IMG/VR virus record: IMGVR_UViG_3300034116_001553
Length of the DNA: 61,562 nucleotides
From: an uncultured virus (IMG/VR IMGVR_UViG_3300034116_001553)
Taxonomy: Duplodnaviria > Heunggongvirae > Uroviricota > Caudoviricetes
Reading direction: 5' to 3' (one strand)
Positions within the stretch are counted from its first letter, which is position 1. The number at the start of each line of letters is the position of its first letter. The notes below the pieces were generated by a model that saw nothing but the letters and a program-made list of their open reading frames with translations, had not been told where the DNA came from and did no database searches. Shown here in pieces: positions 29,215 to 36,790 of the stretch. Made by a program: the position numbers and the translations under genes.

Positions 29215-29288
29215 TGGTGCTCTCAACAAGAATTGAACTTGTGTTTCGCCCTTACCAAGGGCGTGTAATGCCATTATACTATGAGAGC
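29215..29288 (-). tRNA. tRNA-Thr(GGT)
   Basis: Loop TTGGTAA, CCA. Confidence 0.92.
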
Positions 29289-29329
29289 AGAATTTGTAAT
29301 ATTGATAAAGTTTTAGTGTAAATAAAAAC

Positions 29330-30055
29330 ATGCCTAATTATGATTCCTTTTATAAAAATCTTGCTAACAAAACTGTAGACTGGTTGCCCATGGACACTGA
29401 AGAATTATACAAGAAAAATCTTGACAAACGCCACGGTGATCTAGTACTACAGGGCTGGATAGATAATCACTTTACATATGAATTTAACTCACATGGGTTT
29501 AGGTGTAAAGAGTTTACTGACAAACCTAGTATCATGTTTCTTGGGTGTAGTTTTACAATGGGCATGGGGTTACCTGTAGACTTAATTTGGCCTGAGTTAG
29601 TATCAACAAATCTAAATTTACAATGTGTTAATCTTGGCATTGCCGGCTCCTCCGCTGATACAGCATTTAGGTTATGTCATGGATGGCTAGATAAAATTAA
29701 TCCAACCACAGTTATTTTTATGCAACCTCCGGGCATAAGATGTGAACTGGTAACCAACGATAATATTAAAAATGTAGATATTGAAGATCCATCAACAAAA
29801 GAGTTTATTAAACTTTGGACAGTAGACGAAAATAACAATTATTTCAACACTGAAAAAAATACATTAGGTATACAAATGCTGTGTACTGCCAAAGGAATCA
29901 AGTGTGTTACAGTTAATGCTAACGCACTCACATCAAGCTACTCTAATTCACTTGGTAGAGACCTTTGCCATCCGGGCATTGACAGGCATCGAGTTTTTGC
30001 TGAACGATTGTCAATGAAGCTTGGAGCGGACAGAGAGAATCGAACTCTCAACTAA
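29330..30055 (+). CDS. SGNH-like hypothetical protein
   Basis: FNSHGFR, LGCSFT, NLGIAGSS, DLCHPG; TAAATA upstream. Confidence 0.6.
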   Translation: MPNYDSFYKNLANKTVDWLPMDTEELYKKNLDKRHGDLVLQGWIDNHFTYEFNSHGFRCKEFTDKPSIMFLGCSFTMGMGLPVDLIWPELVSTNLNLQCVNLGIAGSSADTAFRLCHGWLDKINPTTVIFMQPPGIRCELVTNDNIKNVDIEDPSTKEFIKLWTVDENNNYFNTEKNTLGIQMLCTAKGIKCVTVNANALTSSYSNSLGRDLCHPGIDRHRVFAERLSMKLGADRENRTLN

Positions 30056-30095
30056 ACCTTGGCAAGGTTTCGGGTTACCATTACACCATACCCGC
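30022..30095 (-). tRNA. tRNA-Gly(GCC)
   Basis: Loop TTGCCAA, TCCA end. Confidence 0.9.
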
Positions 30096-30096
30096 A

Positions 30097-30249
30097 TCAA
30101 CTTGGCACCATATGTGGAATGTACGGAACTGCTCTTGGTCCACCATACAGTTGTTCAAAAAGCTTTTTGGCTTCTTTTACGTCCTGTGCATATATTCTTT
30201 TCTTCTCTTCACCTTGCGGTGTTCTAACAGTGGTTTCGTACATTGGCAT
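30097..30249 (-). CDS. Small hypothetical protein (50 aa)
   Basis: MPMYETTVRTPQGEEKKRIYA...; not in the ORF track. Confidence 0.55.
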   Translation of the reverse strand: MPMYETTVRTPQGEEKKRIYAQDVKEAKKLFEQLYGGPRAVPYIPHMVPS

Positions 30250-30251
30250 TC

Positions 30252-30722
30252 TTAGGCTACTTTCAAACTTTTGAAACGATCGGCAGCATAGCTGGCAGCA
30301 AATGCATCGGGTTTAACAAACGGTACAACATTACATGTTCCTTTGATATAGCCAATGGCCTGGCTGATAACACAGCTAGATCCATATTGATCATCGGGGT
30401 TAATGTCTAAGTGTACTTCAACCTGTCTACCTTCAAGTACATCTGCTAGCTTTAGGTACAACTCGCTGACCTTATACACTTCGGACATAAGGCGCATTGC
30501 TGGCCTATGGACTTTGTGATCGTAATCACGTTCACGTTGTACTTCACCAAATAACTTGCAACCGTTATTTCCGTTGATGTGTACAACAACAGCCAAGACA
30601 TAGTCAGCATGCCATTGACCATCAATGCGCATACGTTCAGAGTCACAGCCTAGATAAATTTTAGTATCTGGCCCTTGTGCTTCAATAAAGCTCTTGACTT
30701 CTTCTAGATTGATTTTTTTCAT
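30252..30722 (-). CDS. RNase H-like YkuK (DUF458) family protein
   Basis: IYLGCDS, RLMSEV, EVHLDIN, KPDAFAASYAADR. Confidence 0.75.
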   Translation of the reverse strand: MKKINLEEVKSFIEAQGPDTKIYLGCDSERMRIDGQWHADYVLAVVVHINGNNGCKLFGEVQRERDYDHKVHRPAMRLMSEVYKVSELYLKLADVLEGRQVEVHLDINPDDQYGSSCVISQAIGYIKGTCNVVPFVKPDAFAASYAADRFKSLKVA

Positions 30723-30733
30723 GGTTACCTTGG

Positions 30734-31513
30734 TTACGAGTTGGGATCAAGTACATGGCTATACATGATGTCCTTTACTGTAGCTGTTCTTTCGTTTTTG
30801 TTTTTACTTCCTAGTACTACAATTATGTAGTCTTTGTCTTTTTCCGTTACAAACAAACTCATACACCAACCGGCGGCACTGGTAAGACCAGTTTTGCTGA
30901 TTACAATATTGTCAAATTTAAATAACAGTGATTGATTGGTATTGTTTAAATTTACAGTTCGTGTTTTCTTTTTGGCTAGGGTAGCAATGGCAACATTCTT
31001 TTTAACTGATGTTTCTCTGATAAACCAATAACTGGATGCTGTTTGTATCATGTTGGCCACATCATATACTGTGCTGACATTGAACACGCCCAGGCCAGTT
31101 GGATCAATAAATGCAGTATTGTTCATATCCCACATTTTGGCATGTAGGTTCATTTGTTTAACAAATGCGTGTCTACCGCCAGGATAATCTTCAGCAATGG
31201 TTTCGGCAGCGGCATTATCACTGCGAACCAACATTGCATTTAACAGCTCGTGTCTGGTATAATATTGTTTAGGTAAACTGCTCGTGACACGATTACTGAG
31301 CAAAAGTTTTCTACTTAGATCTTTATCGTAGTCAAGGGTTACCATTGCAGTCATTAATTTAGTAATGCTGGCAATAGAACGAACTTGCTCGCCATTATGT
31401 ACATATCGTGGGTGGTTGGAATTTACATCCAATACCAGAATGCTTGAATTGCTAGGAAATGCATAAGAGGGTATGCTAACAAGTAATACAAGCATTACAA
31501 AAAGTCTCTTCAT
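30734..31513 (-). CDS. D-Ala-D-Ala endo/carboxypeptidase (peptidase S11, PbpG-like)
   Basis: Signal peptide, SITK, SDN, KTG motifs. Confidence 0.9.
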   Translation of the reverse strand: MKRLFVMLVLLVSIPSYAFPSNSSILVLDVNSNHPRYVHNGEQVRSIASITKLMTAMVTLDYDKDLSRKLLLSNRVTSSLPKQYYTRHELLNAMLVRSDNAAAETIAEDYPGGRHAFVKQMNLHAKMWDMNNTAFIDPTGLGVFNVSTVYDVANMIQTASSYWFIRETSVKKNVAIATLAKKKTRTVNLNNTNQSLLFKFDNIVISKTGLTSAAGWCMSLFVTEKDKDYIIVVLGSKNKNERTATVKDIMYSHVLDPNS

Positions 31514-31546
31514 GATGCTTCCTTTGTTCTATTATATATGCTAAAT

Positions 31547-31623
31547 TGGTGCCCCAGAGGAGACTCGAACTCCTAAAATTTGGCTTCTAAGACCAACACG
31601 TATACCAATTCCGTCACCGGGGC
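31547..31623 (-). tRNA. tRNA-Leu(TAG), short variable loop
   Basis: Loop CTTAGAA, ACCA. Confidence 0.88.
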
Positions 31624-31635
31624 TTTAAATACAGT

Positions 31636-31839
31636 ATGATTGATTGTAACACATCTACTGACATATTGTATGAGAAATCGGCAAAACAGTCTTATATTTC
31701 TCCAACTTACCATAGTACACATCGTGTATTTGTTCCTGACCCACTGTTGAATACATCCAAACCTAAGTTTATTCCTGATCCATTGTTGGTACCAAGAGAC
31801 GGAATCGAACCTCTAAAGGCCGCTATTCTAACCAGATAA
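31636..31839 (+). CDS. Small hypothetical protein
   Basis: TAAATA upstream; internal PDPLL repeat; reads through a tRNA remnant. Confidence 0.35.
   Translation: MIDCNTSTDILYEKSAKQSYISPTYHSTHRVFVPDPLLNTSKPKFIPDPLLVPRDGIEPLKAAILTR
31786..31811 (-). repeat. Duplicated 3' end of tRNA-Phe (att-like direct repeat)
   Basis: 25/26 identical to 32331-32356. Confidence 0.85.
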
Positions 31840-31865
31840 ATATATCAACAAAAGGAAATGTAATT

Positions 31866-32330
31866 ATGTCAATAATAACACTTATAAGACAATATTTTCG
31901 ACGACTAGGGTTGTTGTCTCCCTTGAGTTTTGATCAACAGATCTGGGGAGCCAAGAGCCTTATGGATCTACATCAAAACGGATCTAAATTTTATCTTGCT
32001 GAGGCTGACCGTAATGGAACTATGTATACCTGCTGGCAAGGATCCGAAGATACCAAACCTTATGCTATAACTGTTGACATTACAGGACATGCTACTGGCC
32101 CCACGTTTGATGACTCCCGTGTGGCTGAGTGTCAGGCATTTGTATATCCACCTACCCTGAGTTGTAATCAGGCACAGCAGGCCATGACCAAAGCAGGTAT
32201 TACAGACACCTGGCTGTTTTGCAGGTTGCGTCAAACTGTTGATTATCGAGGAAATCCTTTTTATGATTTTACATTTGATGGTCGCCAACCTGTGCATGTA
32301 GATGCTGTAACAGGCCAGATCACTCAGTAA
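31866..32330 (+). CDS. Hypothetical protein, PepSY-like C-terminus
   Basis: AAAGGA SD, ATAAATA upstream, VHVDAVTGQI. Confidence 0.6.
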   Translation: MSIITLIRQYFRRLGLLSPLSFDQQIWGAKSLMDLHQNGSKFYLAEADRNGTMYTCWQGSEDTKPYAITVDITGHATGPTFDDSRVAECQAFVYPPTLSCNQAQQAMTKAGITDTWLFCRLRQTVDYRGNPFYDFTFDGRQPVHVDAVTGQITQ

Positions 32331-32331
32331 T

Positions 32332-32407
32332 TGGTACCAAGAGACGGGATCGAACCGCCCACACCCGGATTTTCAGTCCGGTGCTCTACCAACTGAGCTA
32401 TCTTGGC
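32332..32407 (-). tRNA. tRNA-Phe(GAA)
   Basis: Loop CTGAAAA. Confidence 0.95.
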
Positions 32408-32409
32408 AT

Positions 32410-32485
32410 TGGGGTAACTAATGGGAATCGAACCCATATTAACGGAATCACAATCCGTGGTGTTGACCGTTACACTATAGTCACC
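32410..32485 (-). tRNA. tRNA-His(GTG)
   Basis: Loop TTGTGAT, G-1/C73. Confidence 0.93.
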
Positions 32486-32490
32486 ATAGA

Positions 32491-32775
32491 TTAATCTTGA
32501 TCAGGCGGCAATCCATTGCTGTGTCGATCACGAGGAGTATCGGTGTCCTGAAACATTCGTTTCTCTTGCTGTGTCAACTCTTTAAAGGTTTTTCTAGGAT
32601 TACTGCACATCACACAATTTGGGGTGCCACAGTTCATGGCATGATGTTTGGCAAACTTATGTGGCTCTTCAACTGGTATCCCAAATTCTTTGGCAATTTT
32701 GATTTGTTTGTTAACAGCGTTTTTGTCTTTCTGTAGACGCTTGCTATGTTTGAATTTATCGGTTTCGTTTGACAT
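32491..32775 (-). CDS. Basic hypothetical protein with Cys cluster
   Basis: CGTPNCVMCSNPR; start at 32775. Confidence 0.6.
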   Translation of the reverse strand: MSNETDKFKHSKRLQKDKNAVNKQIKIAKEFGIPVEEPHKFAKHHAMNCGTPNCVMCSNPRKTFKELTQQEKRMFQDTDTPRDRHSNGLPPDQD

Positions 32776-32789
32776 TGAATACTCCAATT

Positions 32790-32881
32790 TGGTGGAAGCG
32801 GTGAGATTCGAACTCACGGACCCTGTTAAGAGCCGACAGTTTTCAAGACTGTTGCCATAAACCTGACTCGACCACGCTTCC
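32790..32881 (-). tRNA. tRNA-Ser(TGA)
   Basis: Loop CTTGAAA, long variable arm. Confidence 0.93.
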
Positions 32882-32884
32882 TAA

Positions 32885-33322
32885 TTAATTTACCTGAGAT
32901 TCAGGTTTAATTTTTCCCCATTCAATAAAATTAAATACTCTCTCAACAATAAAGAAAAAAGTCATATTTGTCAATGCCTGTGCTATTGCAAATAGCACAG
33001 CGTTGGACCCACTGCTTTTAATAATGAATATTGCAATCAAGTAAGAAACCGTCATGGTGATTGCACGATAGATAATGGTTTTAATTACACTACGTTTGAT
33101 ATCGTCAACCCCTGAATCGTTTCTTGCCCATCCAGTAAGCAACCACAACCTGTCATGTACGTAATAAATTGCTGTACCTACCACAATTACAATTAGTCCG
33201 ACTATGCCAGCCGATGCCATGCTAGCGCCGAATAGCAGTGATAACAACATGATAGCTACCACTGAGAAAAATCTGTATATAACTGCTTTTACTATTGTTC
33301 TTGTTTGTGTTTCTTTTATCAT
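32885..33322 (-). CDS. DUF2061-like duplicated membrane protein
   Basis: RTIVKAVIYR..HDRLW and RSVIKTIIYR..VERVF repeats. Confidence 0.7.
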   Translation of the reverse strand: MIKETQTRTIVKAVIYRFFSVVAIMLLSLLFGASMASAGIVGLIVIVVGTAIYYVHDRLWLLTGWARNDSGVDDIKRSVIKTIIYRAITMTVSYLIAIFIIKSSGSNAVLFAIAQALTNMTFFFIVERVFNFIEWGKIKPESQVN

Positions 33323-33344
33323 ATGGCTTTCTTATATTTAATAC

Positions 33345-33418
33345 TGGCGTACCCACTAGGACTTGAACCTAGACTGACGGTTTTGGAGACCGCAATGCTG
33401 CCATTACACTATGGATAC
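33345..33418 (-). tRNA. tRNA-Trp(CCA)
   Basis: Loop CTCCAAA. Confidence 0.9.
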
Positions 33419-33422
33419 AAAT

Positions 33423-33500
33423 TGGAACAACGGGTGAGATTTGAACTCACGACTTTACGGATTTGCAATCCGTTGCATTTGACCACTCTGCCACCGTTGC
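33423..33500 (-). tRNA. tRNA-Cys(GCA)
   Basis: Loop TTGCAAA, U73. Confidence 0.9.
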
Positions 33501-33505
33501 ATAAT

Positions 33506-33582
33506 TGGTCGGAATAGTAGGATTCGAACCTACGACCTCCTGGTCCCAAACCAGGCGCACTACCAGGCTGTGCTACACTCCG
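33506..33582 (-). tRNA. tRNA-Pro(TGG)
   Basis: Loop TTTGGGA. Confidence 0.95.
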
Positions 33583-33588
33583 AATAAC

Positions 33589-33663
33589 TGGTGGGTGATG
33601 AGAGGATCGAACTCCCGACAAACTGCGTGTAAGGCAGCGACTCTACCGCTGAGCTAATCACCC
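33589..33663 (-). tRNA. tRNA-Val(TAC)
   Basis: Loop CTTACAC. Confidence 0.93.
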
Positions 33664-33669
33664 TAAACC

Positions 33670-33743
33670 TGGAGCGGGGTAAGAGAATCGAACTCTCCGC
33701 ATGAGCTTGGAAGGCTCAGGTATTACCACTATACGAACCCCGC
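33670..33743 (-). tRNA. tRNA-Gly(TCC)
   Basis: Loop CTTCCAA. Confidence 0.93.
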
Positions 33744-33761
33744 ATTGTAATTTACTTATAT

Positions 33762-33836
33762 TGGTAGCCATGGACAGTTTCGAAATGTCGACCCTTGCCT
33801 TATCAAGACAATGCTCTTCCTCTGAGCTACACGGCT
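33762..33836 (-). tRNA. tRNA-Ile(GAT)
   Basis: Loop TTGATAA; atypical T-stem closure. Confidence 0.85.
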
Positions 33837-33842
33837 AAAATC

Positions 33843-33919
33843 TGGCAGGAGATATAGGATTCGAACCTATGCGTGTCGGAATCAAAATCCGATGCCTTGA
33901 CCAACTTGGCGAATCTCCA
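33843..33919 (-). tRNA. tRNA-Gln(TTG)
   Basis: Loop TTTTGAT. Confidence 0.92.
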
Positions 33920-33927
33920 ACAAAGCC

Positions 33928-34003
33928 TGGTGGTAATAGTTGGACTCGAACCAACGATAGGTTGCGTATGAAGCAACTGCATTAGCCACTATGCTATATT
34001 ACC
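33928..34003 (-). tRNA. tRNA-Met/Ile2(CAT)
   Basis: Loop TTCATAC. Confidence 0.85.
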
Positions 34004-34118
34004 ATATAGAGGCACTCTCAACAGCAGGCCTAGGAGGCAATCTAGTTGCTGAAACTTTTGCATCTGCAGATACTCAGCTTCTTCTCCCGCTTTGACTTAC
34101 GCCAAGAATGCTTTTATA
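34004..34118 (-). ncRNA. Stem-closed inter-tRNA RNA
   Basis: TATAAAAGCATTCT...AGAGTGCCTCTATA closing stem. Confidence 0.5.
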
Positions 34119-34194
34119 TGGTAGGACGTATTGGATTCGAACCAATGACCAATAGATTAAAAGTCTACTGCTCTACCAACTGAGCTAACGTCCC
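34119..34194 (-). tRNA. tRNA-Lys(TTT)
   Basis: Loop CTTTTAA. Confidence 0.95.
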
Positions 34195-34247
34195 ACAAAT
34201 CTTACCACTCTTATCACTGTCCATTTGGACTCTCCTTAAAAATTTGT

Positions 34248-34322
34248 TGGTGGAGGATAGCGGGGTCGAACCGCTGACTGAAGCTTGCAAAGCTACTGTG
34301 TTCCCAACTATACCAATCCCCC
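34248..34322 (-). tRNA. tRNA-Ala(TGC)
   Basis: Loop TTTGCAA, G3:U70. Confidence 0.9.
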
Positions 34323-34328
34323 AAAAAC

Positions 34329-34405
34329 TGGTACCACCTGAGCGAGTTGAACGCCCTACCCCCAAGTTCGTAGCCTGGTGCTCTATCCAAATGAGCTAAG
34401 GTGGT
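34329..34405 (-). tRNA. tRNA-Arg(ACG)
   Basis: Loop CTACGAA. Confidence 0.9.
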
Positions 34406-34410
34406 ATAAA

Positions 34411-34486
<76 letters not shown>

Positions 34487-34492
34487 TATATC

Positions 34493-34568
34493 TGGCTCCT
34501 CGACCTGGGCTCGAACCAGGGACAACTTGATTAACAGTCAAGTGCTCTACCAACTGAGCTATCAAGGA
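34493..34568 (-). tRNA. tRNA-Asn(GTT)
   Basis: Loop CTGTTAA. Confidence 0.95.
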
Positions 34569-34600
34569 ATAAAATAGTTAACACACTCCGAGGAATGTAT

Positions 34601-34656
34601 GTATTAAAGCACTCTAAAATACTTAGGCTGCCTGTTCTTAAAGAATGCTTTAATAC
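34601..34656 (-). ncRNA. RNase III-like hairpin
   Basis: GTATTAAAGCATTCT...AGAGTGCTTTAATAC. Confidence 0.5.
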
Positions 34657-34754
34657 GCTGTAATTTTTCACTTCACAAAAGAAGCTTCATCCTACAGGCC
34701 GCCCATTTGCCCATGTTTTAAGTGCAGGTCAGGCTCGCGTTGCCTATGCACACT

Positions 34755-34940
34755 TTATGCTTTGCTAGTTTCAATCACTCTATTTCGATTGCCTGTTAGC
34801 AGTTGCATTCTTGTGAATTTACCTTCAATCAATTTTTTTGTCATCTCGGGAGTGAGTGCGTACCCTAGTCCTTCGTTGGCTCTTTGATCAATTTCTGTGT
34901 AAACACACTTATGTTCAGTTTTACTTTCTTCTCTAATCAT
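34755..34940 (-). CDS. Small hypothetical protein, first gene after attenuator 1
   Basis: TAAGGA SD, 61 aa. Confidence 0.55.
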   Translation of the reverse strand: MIREESKTEHKCVYTEIDQRANEGLGYALTPEMTKKLIEGKFTRMQLLTGNRNRVIETSKA

Positions 34941-34949
34941 TTGTTCCTT

Positions 34950-34985
34950 AAAAACAAAACCCCAGGGTTTTTAGTCCTGGGGTCC
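34950..34985 (-). terminator. Intrinsic terminator (putative attenuator 1)
   Basis: GGACCCCAGG-loop-CCTGGGGT TTTGTTTTT. Confidence 0.8.
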
Positions 34986-35008
34986 TTTTAGAATTTGATG
35001 TATTTTTA

Positions 35009-35140
35009 TTACATCTTGTCTCCTACGGACCCCTGCGTACCTGGAATTGTAATCCCACAGTTAAAATTAAAACCGCGTGACCAGGCAGATGCTGTCTGGT
35101 GCATAATGGGTTTCAACGATAATGTGAAATGCTTGTTCAT
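35009..35140 (-). CDS. Putative leader peptide 1 (43 aa)
   Basis: MNKHFTLSLKPIMHQTASAWSRGFNFNCGITIPGTQGSVGDKM*; ATG 10 nt after the -10 box; contains GGGGTCC complementary to the terminator 5' arm. Confidence 0.55.
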   Translation of the reverse strand: MNKHFTLSLKPIMHQTASAWSRGFNFNCGITIPGTQGSVGDKM

Positions 35141-35150
35141 CTTAGTTTCT

Positions 35151-35179
35151 ATTGTACTTTATTTATGTCTTAGAGTCAA
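35151..35179 (-). promoter_or_regulatory. Sigma70-type promoter of the leader-1/tRNA operon
   Basis: TTGACT-17-TACAAT with embedded ATAAATA; palindrome at 35200-35217. Confidence 0.75.
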
Positions 35180-35226
35180 CCTCTAAGGTAAAAATTTTGT
35201 GTTGTATTTATACAACACTCCTGTGT

Positions 35227-35301
35227 TGGTTGCGGGGGAAGGACTCGAACCTCCGGCTTCCAGGTTATGAGCCTGGCGGTCTACCACTGACGTACCCCGC
35301 G
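35227..35301 (-). tRNA. Initiator tRNA-fMet(CAT)
   Basis: C1:A72 mismatch, loop CTCATAA. Confidence 0.9.
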
Positions 35302-35323
35302 GTAAAAGTTAGAGTTTTTATGT

Positions 35324-35399
35324 TGGCGGTCTTAGGGGGTAACGATCCCCACTCTTACGGCGTGACAAGCCGTCGTGCGTCCATGAACACTTTAAGACC
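35324..35399 (-). tRNA. tRNA-Asp(GTC), atypical
   Basis: Loop TTGTCAC, G73; A8/U14 and T-loop ATCGTTA. Confidence 0.85.
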
Positions 35400-35402
35400 A
35401 AA

Positions 35403-35555
35403 TTTTTATAGTCAAGCACCGAGAATGCCAATTTAGACGTCCGGTGCTTCCGTGTCAAAGCCGATGCAGTTATATCAGGATCAGTCGCCGGCCGCTGTGA
35501 CCCGAATAGTGTATGCGTCCATACACGATACCTTATCGATGCTTGACTATAAAAA
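35403..35555 (-). ncRNA. Stem-closed unidentified RNA
   Basis: 16-bp perfect inverted repeat TTTTTATAGTCAAGCA/TGCTTGACTATAAAAA. Confidence 0.55.
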
Positions 35556-35560
35556 CAAAA

Positions 35561-35646
35561 CATTTTTAAGTACATTTAAACCTTTCTTCAGTGCTATGGA
35601 CACTATCTCCTATTCCAAGTAGGCGTAGGGTATGTACTTAAAAATG
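35561..35646 (-). ncRNA. Stem-closed unidentified RNA
   Basis: 15-bp perfect inverted repeat CATTTTTAAGTACAT/ATGTACTTAAAAATG. Confidence 0.5.
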
Positions 35647-35845
35647 CTCTGCATCCCCCGGCGGTAATTATAGAGTATCAAGATATGACGCTATCATACC
35701 CATCACACACTCCTTCCACCCGCTTCCCGACAGGAACCGTTATCGCATTGCCAGCGGCCTTTGGGTTTAAAGACTACCACCCGTAGTTGTCACACTACTT
35801 CTCATCCTGTGGGTCACAGTATCCAGAGACTAATCCGGAACGTTC
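35647..35845 (-). ncRNA. GC-rich unidentified RNA immediately 3' of tRNA-Tyr
   Basis: No credible ORF; GC-rich hairpins; TCCGG/CCGGG terminal pairing. Confidence 0.45.
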
Positions 35846-35931
35846 TGGTGGAGATGGATGGATTCGAACCACCGCGCTTTTTACAGAACAGATTTACAGT
35901 CTGCCGCCTTCAGCCACTCGGCCACATCTCC
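35846..35931 (-). tRNA. tRNA-Tyr(GTA)
   Basis: Loop CTGTAAA, long variable arm. Confidence 0.93.
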
Positions 35932-35936
35932 ATGTC

Positions 35937-36011
35937 TGGTACTCGATAGCGGAGTCGAACCGCTCTTATGCGGATGAAAACCGCATGTCCTAACCGATAG
36001 ACGAATCGAGC
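35937..36011 (-). tRNA. tRNA-Glu(TTC)
   Basis: Loop TTTTCAT. Confidence 0.92.
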
Positions 36012-36090
36012 AAATAAGGGAGAGCCACGGTTGCAGGACCTAGTGCTTTGTTACCAAAGGAAGTATCCAGGCGATGTGACTCTCAAAACT

Positions 36091-36180
36091 TGGCGGAGCG
36101 ACTGGGAGTCGAACCCAGTCAACGCTTTAACACGTTGTACGGATTAGCAATCCGCTGCCTTACCGTTCGGCCACCGCTCC
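36091..36180 (-). tRNA. tRNA-Ser(GCT)
   Basis: Loop TTGCTAA, long variable arm. Confidence 0.93.
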
Positions 36181-36188
36181 AAAATTTA

Positions 36189-36403
36189 CTATATTAAAAA
36201 ATACTAAAGGAACCATTGTGCATCTATGTCTACCTATACAACCGTCTTGTATAGGCCTGCACGGTCATTACTGCCTACATGCTCCGCCGCTTTTCTGGAC
36301 ATTTCTGCCCGGTTTCATAGACCTAGTTTGAGCGTGGGCGGCCCCACTGTCCTCGCTGTAGATCCCTAACGGTGTAGGTAACCTTTAATACATTTTAATA
36401 TAG
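36189..36403 (-). ncRNA. Stem-closed unidentified RNA (~215 nt)
   Basis: CTATATTAAAA..TATTAAAGG / CCTTTAGTA..TTTTAATATAG closing stem; internal CCTATACAA/TTGTATAGG hairpin. Confidence 0.55.
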
Positions 36404-36439
36404 CAACCCTTGCGGGCTACTATACAAAAACTCTAACAT

Positions 36440-36451
36440 TGTTAAAGAACA
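36440..36451 (-). promoter_or_regulatory. boxA antitermination element
   Basis: TGTTCTTTAACA vs consensus TGCTCTTTAACA. Confidence 0.7.
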
Positions 36452-36477
36452 TTGTTGATTTCTCAACGTATGCATCA

Positions 36478-36506
36478 ATTATATGATACTTTGCAATTTT
36501 TGTCAA
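36478..36506 (-). promoter_or_regulatory. Consensus sigma70 promoter of the tRNA operon
   Basis: TTGACA-17-TATAAT; palindrome at 36516-36533. Confidence 0.85.
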
Positions 36507-36604
36507 CTACTTGTTTGTTGTATTTTTACAACACTCTGTTGTTGCCCGGAATTGCTTCCTTCATGTTTCTATTGTACTAGATCTGTCAATTCTGGTCTAC
36601 CTAC

Positions 36605-36636
36605 AAAAAGAAAACCCGCCTAGTTGGCGGGTCTTT
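36605..36636 (-). terminator. Intrinsic terminator (putative attenuator 2)
   Basis: AAGACCCGCC-AACTA-GGCGGGTTTTCTTTTT. Confidence 0.8.
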
Positions 36637-36654
36637 ATTAGCAGTACTTTCTAG

Positions 36655-36759
36655 TTATCTAGATTTCCCAAGACCCGCATTGCACATGTGCTCATAGTTG
36701 TAACTCACGAAATCTCGTGCGTCACACTTGGTGTACATGGACAATGATTGATAGTTCAT
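36655..36759 (-). CDS. Putative leader peptide 2 (34 aa)
   Basis: MNYQSLSMYTKCDARDFVSYNYEHMCNAGLGKSR*; ATG 6 nt after TATAAT; contains GCGGGTCTT complementary to the terminator 5' arm. Confidence 0.55.
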   Translation of the reverse strand: MNYQSLSMYTKCDARDFVSYNYEHMCNAGLGKSR

Positions 36760-36790
36760 AGTACTATTATATATCCATAATCTGTAATTG

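Noticed and set aside
36340..36365. HDV-like ribozyme suggested by TCCTCGC
   Set aside because: On the strand opposite the tRNA transcript, and no P1/P2/P3 pairing could be built.
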